64,000 nt of DNA from positions 1 to 64,000 of the forward strand of contig NMRA01000940.1 in NCBI GenBank assembly GCA_002633005.1. The letters are read 5' to 3'. The position numbers and the translations under genes were made by a program. This DNA comes from Phoronis australis. Taxonomy: Eukaryota > Animalia > Phoronida. A model generated the notes under the pieces. It ran no database searches, was not told where the DNA came from, and saw only the letters and a program-made list of their open reading frames with translations. The stretch's first letter is position 1. The number at the start of each line of letters is the position of its first letter. This document shows positions 14,109 to 26,865 of the stretch, piece after piece.

Positions 14109-14188
14109 CACAGTCTACACTAATTTTCTCACTAACAGTCTGCACTAGTTTTCTCACTAACAGTCTGCACTAATTTTCTCACTAACAG
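14109..14188 (+). repeat. Minisatellite, ~3 x 25 bp
   Basis: TA(A/G)TTTTCTCACTAACAGTCTGCAC repeated in tandem. Confidence 0.85.
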
Positions 14189-15130
14189 CATACTAGCATC
14201 AACTCAGTTCCTTTCTATGAACTACCGTCATTTTATCTACACTTAATTTCGCAAAAACAGTTAGTGTTTTGGAGAAAAAATATCATTCATCAGAAAGGAG
14301 ATGCAGAGTTCGAAAGAATAGTGTTGATGAAAAGTGAATAGGAGTGACTGTTAACAAGAAAACAAGAGTGTTCAAAAAGTATAGCTGTTACTAAACCAGA
14401 ACGTTCGTGCAGTCTGTGAAGGTAGAAGATTGTATTCCTTGGCAAGAGTTAAGTTAAAGACACAAAGATTATTGGTTTTAAAAATGACTTGGTCCCAAAC
14501 TCTATTATCTCATCCACTGCATTGCCTTGGTTTGAGCATTTGTCTCATCTTTGGTGAGGCAAGACATAGTTGTGAGATTACTGAATCTTGTCCAAAACAA
14601 ATATTTAAATTGCAGTTCGTAATTATATTGCCATTAATTGCATATTCATAGTTGTCACACATCCTTGCTTGGATGAAAAACCACTAATTGCACTTTCAAA
14701 TAACTCATTGCTTGCCCAGACATACCTTACATGCAACCAAGTTAGTTAATCTAGTATCTACTTCATTCACAACTAGTTTATAACATGCCACCATCAAATG
14801 ACTCTAAAAACAAAACTAAAATGATAACTTTACAGTTAACAGTTGCGCGTCTTCTATCCACTAATGCCCGGCATTGGGACAGGATGGAGACAGTATCACT
14901 ACACCGAAGACTCCTGTCTTGTTCATTTATTCCATACAGTTTAACAAACACAGACATCGAGACTGGGTGAAGACAGTATCCTTACATATTAAGTGGTTCT
15001 TATTTTATTTGCTTATCCCAATACATGAAGTCCACACAGAAAGAGAGATGCACTTAAGGTGTTTCTGCATTCAGTATTTCACCCCAATCAGTGTAGTTTA
15101 CATACAAACCGGGACAGACTGAAGGTGTCC

Positions 15131-18100
15131 CTACATCAGGGGCTCTTGCCAATTTATTTGTTCGTCCCAGTCCGTGTACTCTACATAGTCATCATACCAG
15201 TCCTCTGAATCGTGAAGAAACCTAAAATGCCATTGCAATACATGTTAATAATGTTCCACGCATTGTAACACATTTTACCAAGAACAAAAAAGACAAAGTG
15301 CTCAAATTCATCTTGCCAACAGAGCAAGTTTTTACAGGAAAAGTCTGAGATGCGCATGTAAAGTAGCTGCCCTAAACCCACCTTCTATGAAATGACCCAA
15401 CTTTGCTTAGGTCACTTAAAGGTTATAATACTGTGCTTACTCAGATTAAAAGAGATTTCTAGACTTAATTAGCTCCTACAGTTTGCATGTGTAAACAACG
15501 ACATTGTTTATTGTCAGTATTCTCAAGACAAATGTTGACAATACTCCAGTCAGGCAACACAGTTGGGGAACAGACTGCACTGGTGCACGTCAAAATGCAT
15601 TGTGAGGGAGAGACCAGAAATCAATAAACAATAAACCGAAATGTCAACTAATACAATGTCGTTGATAACACATGCACTGATTTTAAAGTTTGTATTCATA
15701 TTTTGGCCAAAAACAAATGTGATCAATCGACAGTTAATAACACGCGGACATTACATGTTATCAAATGCAGCTCCAATGCCCCCTTCTTCAGCATCTCTAT
15801 CAGGGTTACAATTGAGCTTTATGAACAAGCTACACAGGCCCATATCTGTAACACAACAGGTTAAAGTTCAGTAACTGCAACCGACACTTGCCAATATTGA
15901 TAATTAAAACAATTTGCTTAATATATTAAAATTTTCAAACACAGCAACAGTTTCTGTTTGCAAGATGTAAGGATACATGTACATTTATCAATGCAATGTT
16001 ATACGGAATGAAGGGGCAACGTCACAATTCACACACGTAAAACTATCGGTATGGTAATTCATGTTTACAAGTTTCATGGGTCATGTAAGATATTTCATGA
16101 TACTGTTGTTGCCATCAATCCCCCACCCCTGGCAACAGCAATTCGTCATGTTTCACCACCTTATCTTTGAAACCCATTGTTTCGGTTCATGATTTGAAGT
16201 GAAACTTTTCAAGTTGGTTCTTTAATATGGAGTGTTTCCATTAATTATAATTACACACCGACAATAAAATCATGGATTGGATTGCTTCAACACACTTTCC
16301 GATGTCATCTTCATTTATTCCAGTTTGAAGTTTGTGTTTTCGGCTTGACGTAAAAAAAAGCTGTGCAGGACTTTAAACTTATAGTGAGTAGGTAATATGT
16401 TACCATCCCATTTCACACAATTGTGAGGGTTGAATGTTTTGATTTAATTTTGCGATATTGTGGTGTCAAAAAGATAATCATACTGTTTTTGCTTAATTAA
16501 ACATCTTCATAATGACTTATTTTATTATATTTTACTTGGGAGCCATTTTTGACCTACCAAGCCGCGCTCAATAGAACTTCAAGCCATCGGTGACTACGTG
16601 CAAGTTGATTTTCTTACAAAGAGCATAGCCACAAAGACACTTTTGTGGTCAATCGCAACGTCAAATCAAACATGGACCATCTGGATTTTGGCTGTTTCAA
16701 TTTAAAGGTTCATGCCATGGAATATGAACAACTGGTTGCAAGCACCCAAAATGAACGACACGTGCCCATTCCCCAGGTGACATTAAGGAACCATGAATGA
16801 CAAGATATGCAAGATAAAGCAAAATACATCAATTCTATCTTAAGCGCATCACCAACTAAAACAGTCAGCTACCATTTAACAGGCAAGTCAATCAGGATAA
16901 ACACAAAACTTCAATGACGATACAACAATGAGGACAACAACAAAATCCTTACTTTTCATTGGTTTAGGTAGTATGGTGAACAGGCCCCATTTATTTGTTC
17001 GTGGGCAGTACTCTTGAACAATGTGCATTAACGCTGAAACTGAATTCTCCCCACCAGCAATCATAAGCTTGTCATTCAAAACTGAAACCAAAACAAAAGC
17101 AAGCTGTAAAACACAAAATACCTTCTGTTGGGTTAATGAAGCCAAAAAAAAGAACGATAAATCTAGGAACCTTTTGACGAATACCAAATGCTGGAATTCA
17201 GATAATTGAAAAAAAAAATCAAAAAGAGCCAAAAGAGGATGGGATTGACTGTATTTGCTTTGCTTGACGACAAATGTTGGGGGTGGGGAATTTTGCTTGA
17301 TGAGAATTTGTTCAGCTTGCTGCCCTGAAACAGCAGAGCAAAGTAAAGTATAGTACGCCAGAGCAGAATGAACAGAATTGGATTTTGAAAAACTCAAGAC
17401 AGACAGTGCCTTTTCCTTCAAACAAATTTACTCAAAATGCCTAGCCAGCAAGCAGCCATCAAATTAATGTCAGTTAATTGTATCATGCATACTGGTGCTG
17501 TTGCTGGACGTGCTTTTAAAAGCAAATTAGGTTGTGCTAAAACTTAAGCATTTGTTTATTTGTAAGCCATCTGTTCACAACTGCCTGTGCCCTAACAAAC
17601 ATAATAACAAGCGTAGACCAAATGCATTTAGTTTAATTTATTTTCCACCATGTGAGAGTCAGAGTACTTTGTCCGTAGTTCTAAGACAACTTGTGTAGAT
17701 CAGTGAATGTGTCCTGATTCAAACTAAATTAACTGAAGATTCAGAATCACTGTGTATTATGAACATCCTAGCTTCACCTCTGGAATTTTAAAGAATTTAG
17801 TCATTTATAGAACAAGTCTTTCGAAAAATTAAGAGTAAAGCAGGGAGTACAATGAATTAAAAGCAGCTAGAAAACCAGAACATAATAGAAATTTGTGTAT
17901 CTGAGAATGACGGGCCCACTGTATTCAGTGTATGCTAACAGATGTTTGATTATGAAACGCTACTCACTTACATAACACTTGTGTCAAGAAATCTTGGCTT
18001 ATGGACCCACAAATAGTGAAATGTTTTCCATAACTGGAAAGTTCACTCTTGTTGACCAATCACTTCAGTGGGAGTCACTTTCACAGTCAGCAACACCGAC

Positions 18101-21100
18101 AGTGAAAATATCTGCATTGTCGACGAGTGTGCATAGCACTCCAATGAATTTGTTTATATGTTGTACTTTGGGACGATGGCCATGAGTACAATAAGGGAAT
18201 AACATAACAATATTTTCACAGTGTAAGCGAGTAAGGTTGCGAGAGTTCTAGCAAGACTCTCAGCCACCTTTCACTCAACGAGATCTCACCAAACTCAGGG
18301 ACTACATCCCTGACCGCGTTCAAATTGAAAATATGGTATGGCCAAAACCGCATGGTTCTGGTCTGTACTCCGGCACATTTTGTGACATGCGCTCATAGAC
18401 TACAGAAAAAATGTTCGCTTACATCGATTTCAGCCAAGCTCTGCATGACTGTGTTTTTGCTTAAAGATGAACAAAGGCACATAAGCAAGGTTTGAAATGT
18501 CACAACTAGCCGAACAATCAGGTAGTCTCCATTGGATTTTCATTTTTCAAAAAGTGAGCAACTAACAAATTTAAAGTACCAAACCAGTGACACTAGGATT
18601 TTCAAAAAAACAGACCAGACGACAACTAAATTGGCTTAACCAGTTGTGTGTTTCCTGACTACCATGAATGTCTTAAAGCGATTGTGTTAATTTTGAATTA
18701 TTCAATTTACTGTTAAATGTTGATCTAAGTACCTGTGGCCGTCATGAAGCTGCAATCGTATCTCATGGGGGCCAGGAAAGTCCACTGGTTGGTTTCAGGG
18801 TCAAACGACTCGACGGAGGAGAGACACCTGGTGTTGGTTGATGACAAACAGATACGTCCACCACAGACAACCAGCTGCCTGTCCAATGTGGTCATAGTGT
18901 GACCAGATCGAGCTACAACAACCAAAACTGATTGTAAAATGAAACAACTGATCCAGACACCTGATGACTTTCCAAAAGTTGGGTTAACTTTGAAAATTAA
19001 TTCTAAACAAAAAATATTTGCAAACTTAGTGCAAAACACACTTTGATTTGGTCACTTTTGTTTGCAGCCTTTAAAACAAGAAAGATTGAAATATTTGTTC
19101 CAATTACATTCAGTCAATTTAAAAACAGGTTGTCAGTATCTTGGCTTTGCTTCAAATGTCAGACTAGTTACACATGTCATCTGATAAGAAGATCGAACGT
19201 CTGATCTCTGTCTGAAAAAATTCCACAAATACGTGAACATTAATGACAGCCGTACGATCTGCATTCTTGTTGTTTGACCACAACAGACAACAGATTTGCC
19301 GTTCCACACTGAGAAGGCAACGTGTACCAGACCGCCTGCAATTATTTTAATTTTTTTTCGTATAGGATGTCAGGACATTTTTCTAGGGTCCTCTCAAAAC
19401 TCATCTTCCTATGTTAAAATTATGGAGAAAATCCAAAAGGCGAGCGAATATAATATTAAATCAACATTTGGAAGAAGCCAATTTTTGCTTCAAAATTTCG
19501 CTGTTTTACAACGGGAAGCGATTTTGCCAACTTTATGAAAACTACAGAATAGCCACTGACACTAAACACTAGTCATCATTTCACAGGTAACATAATACAT
19601 GTTCCCTGGGATTACCTGCCAACATGGGAGTTTTACTTTCCCACCTGTCTCTGGCTGGGTCGTAGCAACTGACTGCAGCAATGACCTCACCCTGCTGGAC
19701 ACCTCCACTGATGTACACCTGAAGTGGAAATCACTTGTGAGAAGGAAAGCTACATGATTGTACAGACACTCACGAGGACAAGGTCTTGACAGACATTCTC
19801 ACAAGAAACTGGACAAGGCAAAATTCACAGAAAGTTTTGAAGCGTGAAAGCCAGCTAAATATCCTCTAATTCACTTTAACGGCAATCAGTTTTGCCTAAA
19901 AAGTAACTTAATTGAGGCCAGCTACTGAAACTTTCCCTTTCTACATTCTCTGCGGAAAAGGATCAGCAGCTAGACACAACTATGTCAAATTAACAATAAC
20001 ATTTTAAGTATTAACTGTGGACTCATTAGACAATCCATTTTTAAAACCCTTAATGATGACAGAATATTTTATTATGAGCATGAAAGGAAAGCCCAGATGT
20101 CAGTTATCACCTTCATTTTTTTCTTAGAAATCATGATTTTTCGCAAAATGGTGGTTGGATATTTCACAAAATGTGATGTTTTCACAAGAAAGTTGACAAC
20201 TCTGTTCTTATACTATTTGCTACATGCAGGTGTCTGGGATTTTCTTTTTTAAAAGGCCTTTTTACCCAAGAGCTGTGGTCATCAAAAATCAAGATGCTTT
20301 TTCCACTTAAGGAATGTTGACATCTTCATTTTCGAATTCTTGGGCTTTAAAAGATTAAATTACAGACAAGATTTTGAAGCTAACAGAATTAAAAAAATGA
20401 AGTTTCAAGCGCAAAATTTAATGTTACATGATTATAAACACCAGAGTATTATTTTTGTTCAGACACATAAGATTCTGAGATCACCTACAAATTCAAAAGC
20501 ATACCGTCCACAGATCTACTATTAATTAATAAACTTTATTATTTTAAGAAATTTGATTTGTAATGTAGGTAGCCTATTGCTTTCATCTGCAACTTAAGGA
20601 CAACATAAGCGACATTTTATTATAAAAAATTCCCAACCATTCGGCAAAAAGTGCATTGTGTTAGAGTCTGACGGCGTTCTCTCGAAGACAGTCCAGTTTA
20701 TTTTGAAAACACCATGTACAATATGTGATAAAAGAGTTTTCCCCACAACAATTAAGTCTTTCCACAGTTAATGTGCCTTGCATTGCCTCATCACAGAGCA
20801 GGGTCCAACGAAGAGCTTCAGTTGATCAAAGATCATATAAACCAAATTAAAAAAAAATGTGTAAACAAAACTCCTCAAATCCAGTTTAAAGAATATGATA
20901 ACACCCACCAGCCCAAGCAACCCTTCCAACCACCACCACGCCCCCATGCACTTACCCACGCAAGCACACGCCCAATATACCTAATAAAAATATGGTTGCG
21001 TGTGCAAAGCAAAATACCAACAAGAAAGCCATAGCTTGTACCTTTCCCTTGTATGCCGCAGACGCGTGGTTGAAGAGGGGCTTGGCCAAGGGTCGTACAA

Positions 21101-23722
21101 GCATCCACTTCTCTCGGTCGAGGTCAAACATCTCCACAGACTTCAGGTGATGTTGATCGTTGCGTCCCCCCACAACCACCAAGTAACCTACAGGAATATT
21201 ATTTACATAAAGCCCAATGTCAACATTGAAAATGAAATGATTGCAGAGTTTAAACTTGAAGGCATTTTTGCGATCAGAATATTTCATTGTGACGACCGCT
21301 AAGTCTCTAGAAAGAGCACATACTGATCAGGCACACAAAATTCCTCAAGTCCGAATTTGGACTCAGCCCAATCTACGGTGCAAAATGCTTCTCATTTTGG
21401 AAATTCTGCTTGAGGCCTTTGAAAAACACAAATCCTTGTAAATACGATAAAACTTGCATAAGTCAAACGTGCAAAAGATGTAATTTCGCATAACTCAGAC
21501 AATGCTCAGCAGTTCTTGCATAATTAACCTTTAAAATTAATACAGTTGAAGTTCTTAAGACTTATTTTTGAATAACTCCGAGAAAATGTACAGTAAGTCC
21601 CAATACTAATCTCTTTCAAAATGTCCCAAATAAGCCCAAGACAGTACTGCAACAGCGCACAGCCCTGACGATGCTCCAGATAGGTTGAACTTTTGACCTG
21701 CAGAAGGTGCACAGCACAAAGTTACCGATGGTGCATCCATAGATATAGTACTAACTTAAGATAATAGGGTATTTATGTATGCCTAAACCGAATGAAATCT
21801 CTCGATACAGTTGGATCAGACTATAAATTTGTGTTTTAAACCCCTGAAAAGCTTTTCTTTCTGGTTTTGCTTCAAAACCAAAAATATGCTTGAGAGACTG
21901 AAAATCTAAATTCTAACCCTGCAAACACTCTATGAAAATGTTACCTACACAAGCGGTATCGTTTACAAAAATGACAAAAACAACATTTTACATCGCAACA
22001 AATACAAGTCATGTTGGCTTGCACTCGTGCGTGCATAAAAATCAACGAACCTGGTATTGCCACGGCAGTGTGATGGGCACGCTCAATATTCATGTATTGC
22101 ATATCCCAGAGTGCGAAGTCCTTGCCCGAGCTAGCACCTGGTGTCAATATTTTCACCTCATTAGTGGCATGCTTCTCCGTGCTCTGGTGAATATAGCCAC
22201 CAATCAATATGCCATAGTTATTCACCTCAACGACGACACAATGTGACCGCGCATCAGATATCCCGACCACACCCAGCGGAAACCACGACTTGCAGTCTGT
22301 GTGAAAAAACTGATTCTGTGGCGTCCCGCCACGCTGCCCAGCCATGTCTACATTGAAGTAAGGCTCGGGAAAATAGTCTTCATACTCGAACTCAATTTCA
22401 CCCCCGATTTGCACTAGGGTCTGCCGGTCGCAGCGCACCCTGCCTCGGTGGTTCAGGCACAAGTGGTTGCGGTGGGGCGTCTGCATATAGTGTATACACC
22501 ACTGCAAAAGCTGATCACATTGCTTGTTAGTGCTAAAGGGTTCTGCACTTCGAGCAAACTCAATCAGAGGCCAACCATCGTTAACAAACCGAATTTTCTC
22601 CACGACATCATAAATTTCACTGTCACGTTCTTTCTTCTTATAGTTATACCACTTTAGCACACATTTGAGTAACCTCATCTCACTAGGTGAATTCAGGGAG
22701 TCAGATAGAAGGTAACCTGCCAATGTCTGGGAACTTAACTTCAGGAATGCATCAGTTTCGGCAAACTCCAAAAAATTCTCCAGAACATACTTGCGATAAT
22801 GCTCCTTCAATTCAGAGATTCCGAAAGTATCGCCGAGTCTCACAATATCCTCGGCATTATCAAATCCAAGTTTCGACTTTAAATATTTCGTGCACAACTC
22901 AACCGCAGGGGTCACTTGAAGGAAGGTGCTAGCAGATAAGATGACTTCAATGTTAGACATGTTTAGGGTGAGTTTTCCGCAGTAGGCAAACTTGATAAGG
23001 GGACGCACACCGTCTGCCGAAAGTCCTTTGAGCTCCAGATAATTCTTACGACTCTCCATCATATTATGCGAAAACATTGCACGGAAATAGTCACTAGCAC
23101 TAGCCAACACCAGCCGATGAACCTGTAAATAGAATGTTGGATAATTTTAATTTGCAACCCTAAATTTAACAATTTTGAGTAAACTAAAAGCATGTAGGTA
23201 CAGCTACTTTAAAAAATTACAATTTTTCAGAAACAAACATGATGGAAACCACACTAAGTCACATGCATTAAAGCTGGAATTTTTTGCAGCAAATTTCTAG
23301 ATTTTTGTTGAGAAGAGATATTGTCAACTTTTTAAAAATAATGAAACTGCATATACAGTATACGACAGGAATGTATTAAGTAAAAATAAATACTCATTAT
23401 AAACAAACTGAAGGTGTTGATGGCAATAACAAATAATGACTTCCTTTCAATGCAGGTCTTTATGATCTCTGTTTCAAGAACTGACGGATGCCAATCAATA
23501 TTTTTCTTTTATCATGACAATGAAGTACACATTAGCTTCAATCTGAGGTCAGCGGAATAAATTAATCATAAATCCAAAGCCCACCTTGAACACCTGTCCT
23601 TCGACGATGAGCTTAAAATCACATAGAAGCTCAGACTGATAAAATTCACCCATCCTTGACAGAACATGCTGCCCATAGTCAGTTGTTTGCATCTCTTCTG
23701 AATCTTTAAACCGTGATGCCAT
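15131..23722 (-). CDS. Kelch-like protein (BTB-BACK-Kelch; probable CUL3 substrate adaptor), 8 coding exons, ~649 aa
   Basis: Exons 23722-23585, 23122-22051, 21187-21042, 19718-19616, 18912-18733, 17081-16953, 15845-15755, 15221-15131 (1950 nt, phases consistent). BTB motif LLCDFKLIVEG-FKVHRLVLASASDYFRAMF, a BACK domain, and Kelch repeats with GG..Y/F-D-P..W. The last two small exons are inferred from splice phase only. The exact KLHL orthologue is not determined. Confidence 0.88.
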
Positions 23723-25599
23723 TTTGCAAGTGGCTCCACCTACAAGAATCAATCATGTCACGCGTTGCTCTATCAATATCAAAGTTATCTTGCAAGTTCT
23801 TAGAGTTCAGTTATACATTTCCTGACCTGGTGGTAGGTCATCAAAGGAACAGTGATGCCACATGGCAGGGAAGGCAGAGAATATTTGATACACTCAATTA
23901 TTTTAATAAATGCGTTCATGAGCCTACGCCATTTTACAGTTTTCGAAAATAAAAAGACTCAAAACCATCATGACCATTTTCATCTTCAAAACTTAAATCT
24001 AGAAATTTACCACAAGGTTTTTCACCTCACCAAGATTGATACCCTGAATAAGTCAAGTGCATCAACTCTGATTGTCTTGAGTTTCAATGGCTGGCTTTGA
24101 CGCCCTAGAGGTTTTGTGGTTACAATTTGCATCAATACAACTTGATCCACAGCAGGGATAATTGAGGCATCAAGAAGTGAATGTGTAAAGGTTTACAAAA
24201 TACATAACCAAAGCAAAAACCATCATATGGGAAGTCTACATTTGATAAGATTCTAAAACAAAAACCTTTCATGAAAATAGAATTCTGACTACACAGTTCC
24301 ATATTTTACACTATAAATTATTATTTTCTTACAAAGGAATAAAATCTTAACATAATGACAATAATGCATTAAGGGAAACATGTTATACAAAGTTTCGCTG
24401 ATAACAAACCAGAGTAAATGCAGTATGAAAGCTATAGATATCAATGACATAAGTTTTGAATTTAGATATCTTGTACTTAAAATCGATCACTAGGCTACGA
24501 TTTATAACACAAAACAATGTTTTTCTGGCATAAAGCCTTGTGGGTTAATTAAACTTGTTTGCTGTTACAAAAAAAACAACTTTCAATTCAGACCACTTAC
24601 AGATGTGAAATTGGTCTCAAATTGTTACTAATTTGAAAATTAATGTGTTTTCCAGTTCGCTATTGATTGAGACCATGCAGGCTCTACAAGTTGGCTTGTT
24701 ACAGTGGGATATTTATACGTTGAGCATGGTCTCAATTCCAAGCCCAGAAACCACCACATCTTGAGTTACGAATAAGTTAAGATACGTTTTGCAGCGTTAC
24801 GAGGTCAAAATCATAGTTTCGTGGCATTATTTCCATTTCACCATTCTGGTCTGGGCTATATATTGAGATTATAAGAAGTAAAAAACAGTTTCAATAAACC
24901 CTTTGTTATAAGCGGTGTTTAGTTAATAAACACTTCAACTGGGACAGTTGTATGACTATAAGAGCAGGGTTCACAAAAATGCTTTCACTAACCCTGCATA
25001 TCAATTTCACCATTCCTATTGCTTGTGAATCACACCATGATTTACAACCATCCACAAAATTCTAAGCCACTATGCTGGCCAGTCACTAGTACTCTCTGCA
25101 AGCCCAAACTGCATGTGAAATTGTTTTAAATGGCTTAAGAAGCTCAAGAATCTCACACAAATCAACAATATTTTCCCCAAGGCTTCTTCCTAACAAACTT
25201 AGAAGTTATGCACATGGTTGATATGGTATGATGAGTCACATTATAGAATATAAATTATAATATATTAAATATGCCAAAGAATTAACTTAGTTCCCAAGTC
25301 AGTAGATCAGAAAAGAAAAATGACACTACAGTTCTGCTTAAATATATGTCTAGAATGAACAGTCTCATAAAAACAAAACTCAGGGTTCACAGTTTCTTAA
25401 ATCCGATCTCAGACCATGAAGGAAACAGCTCTACTAAAAAAATTCCACAATTGCCCTTGAATAATGACCACTTGTGAAATGGTGTTAGACCTGCGAGTGT
25501 CTCAAAGAATTTTTTCTATCTCAGCAACTGTTTCATTACCATTGCAAAAGCAAACATAAAAGAAAATACACCAGTCAGCCCACATATTAACATTTGCAA

Positions 25600-26100
25600 A
25601 CCTTTACCTACTCTGCTAGAGCCGATTTGTTAAAAAGATGAACGCATCTGGGATGTAGACCGTCCCTCCCTTATTCATTCATGGATGCGCCACCTATTAT
25701 CCGGCAACAACATCGTGAGCCTTATCGATTTCCTTGGAATTGAAGGTCCTTCGTCTTCTGTTGCACAGAATAAGCATTAACATTAAAATATTCTCATTCA
25801 AAATGATCTCCAACCTAATTAAAATCATCCGATACAACATGCCATAGAAATTATATACAAATAACAACTAAAAGTAACTTATAACAACTTCACAGATCTC
25901 AATCGAGCTGCATTACAGATGACCTTCACCTTGTAACAGCGCCATCTACCATTAACATTCGCACGGGCTGGCTGAACTTAGACTGCAGCGGAAAAGCTTC
26001 GATTTTATTTTTCTGCTTGTGTGTATTTTGCTGTTTGAGTGTCATAAGTACATTAGAAGGGATTAGATAAGGCCAAAAATTTTACATAGTGTTAAAATAT
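25600..26100. promoter_or_regulatory. Probable shared divergent promoter region of the Kelch-like gene and MAT2B
   Basis: Both ATG exons are preceded by splice acceptors (TTCTTGTAG near 23740 on minus; CTCTTTCAG 26844-26852 on plus), so non-coding first exons probably lie in the 3-kb head-to-head interval. A CTCF-like CAGCGCCATCTAC is at ~25937-25949. The exact TSSs are not visible. Confidence 0.4.
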
Positions 26101-26125
26101 TGTCATTGGTTATTACGAGCTGGCA

Positions 26126-26372
26126 ATAATGGGTGGTGCACCATACTGCATACTGGGCTGCGCTGTGGCTAGTAAGGGGGCTGTAGCCTGCCCTTGGTAC
26201 AAAGCTGTATCGATAGTCTTCATACAGCTAGCTGACTGGCTAAGGGGGCTGGGGGATGATTGCGCCCCCTCTTTTTTAGTGCTGTGCCTCCCTGGTCTAT
26301 GGGTGGTGCACCACAGGGGGACTGGGGAGCTCAACTGAAGCCCCCACTTTTTTCAGTGCTGCGCTGCCCATG
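26126..26372. mobile_element. Short GC-rich MITE-like relic (ATGGGTGGTGCACCA...GCGCTGCCCATG family)
   Basis: Internal duplicate of ATGGGTGGTGCACCA. The 3' part resembles the 55596-55667 element (CCACTT.TTTCAGTGCTG.GC.GCCCATG). Confidence 0.55.
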
Positions 26373-26865
26373 AAAACTTAAGTGTAATCCCAAAACATAC
26401 TAGCCACCATAGATTGGTCCCTAGCTGATCTGAGAACCAGTTACTCCCTCTGGATAATTATTCGGTTACGGAGTAACTGCATGCTTCTCAATTACTTTTT
26501 TGAAAAAAGGTTGCCTCCGCCCGTATGATACGGGACATTCGTCTGATAAGGGTCCCTCATGATAACTGTCAATGCAGGCATTTCTATTAGCACTGTAGAA
26601 CCTAGGCTTCAAATGCGTCATCTATTGGCTCAAGCAACACCAGCCTACTTTTTGGTGTGCTGGAACATGAATTTCACCAATGTTGTTATGCCTTAGTCTG
26701 GATTACATTTAATTCTTAAATCAGTTTCATTGATCTAATGGAGATCACTTGTCTGAAGTCTCCCAGTCTGATTGATATGGTTTTGATGACCTACTTTTGG
26801 CTAAATGTCGCTTTAACAAGCCTAGCATATCTCATCCAATATCCTCTTTCAGGTTCAACAACAAA

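Noticed and set aside
24666-24736. 13-bp inverted repeat ATTGAGACCATGC/GCATGGTCTCAAT
   Set aside because: Short stem with a 45-nt loop, no TSD, and no miRNA-like extended pairing.
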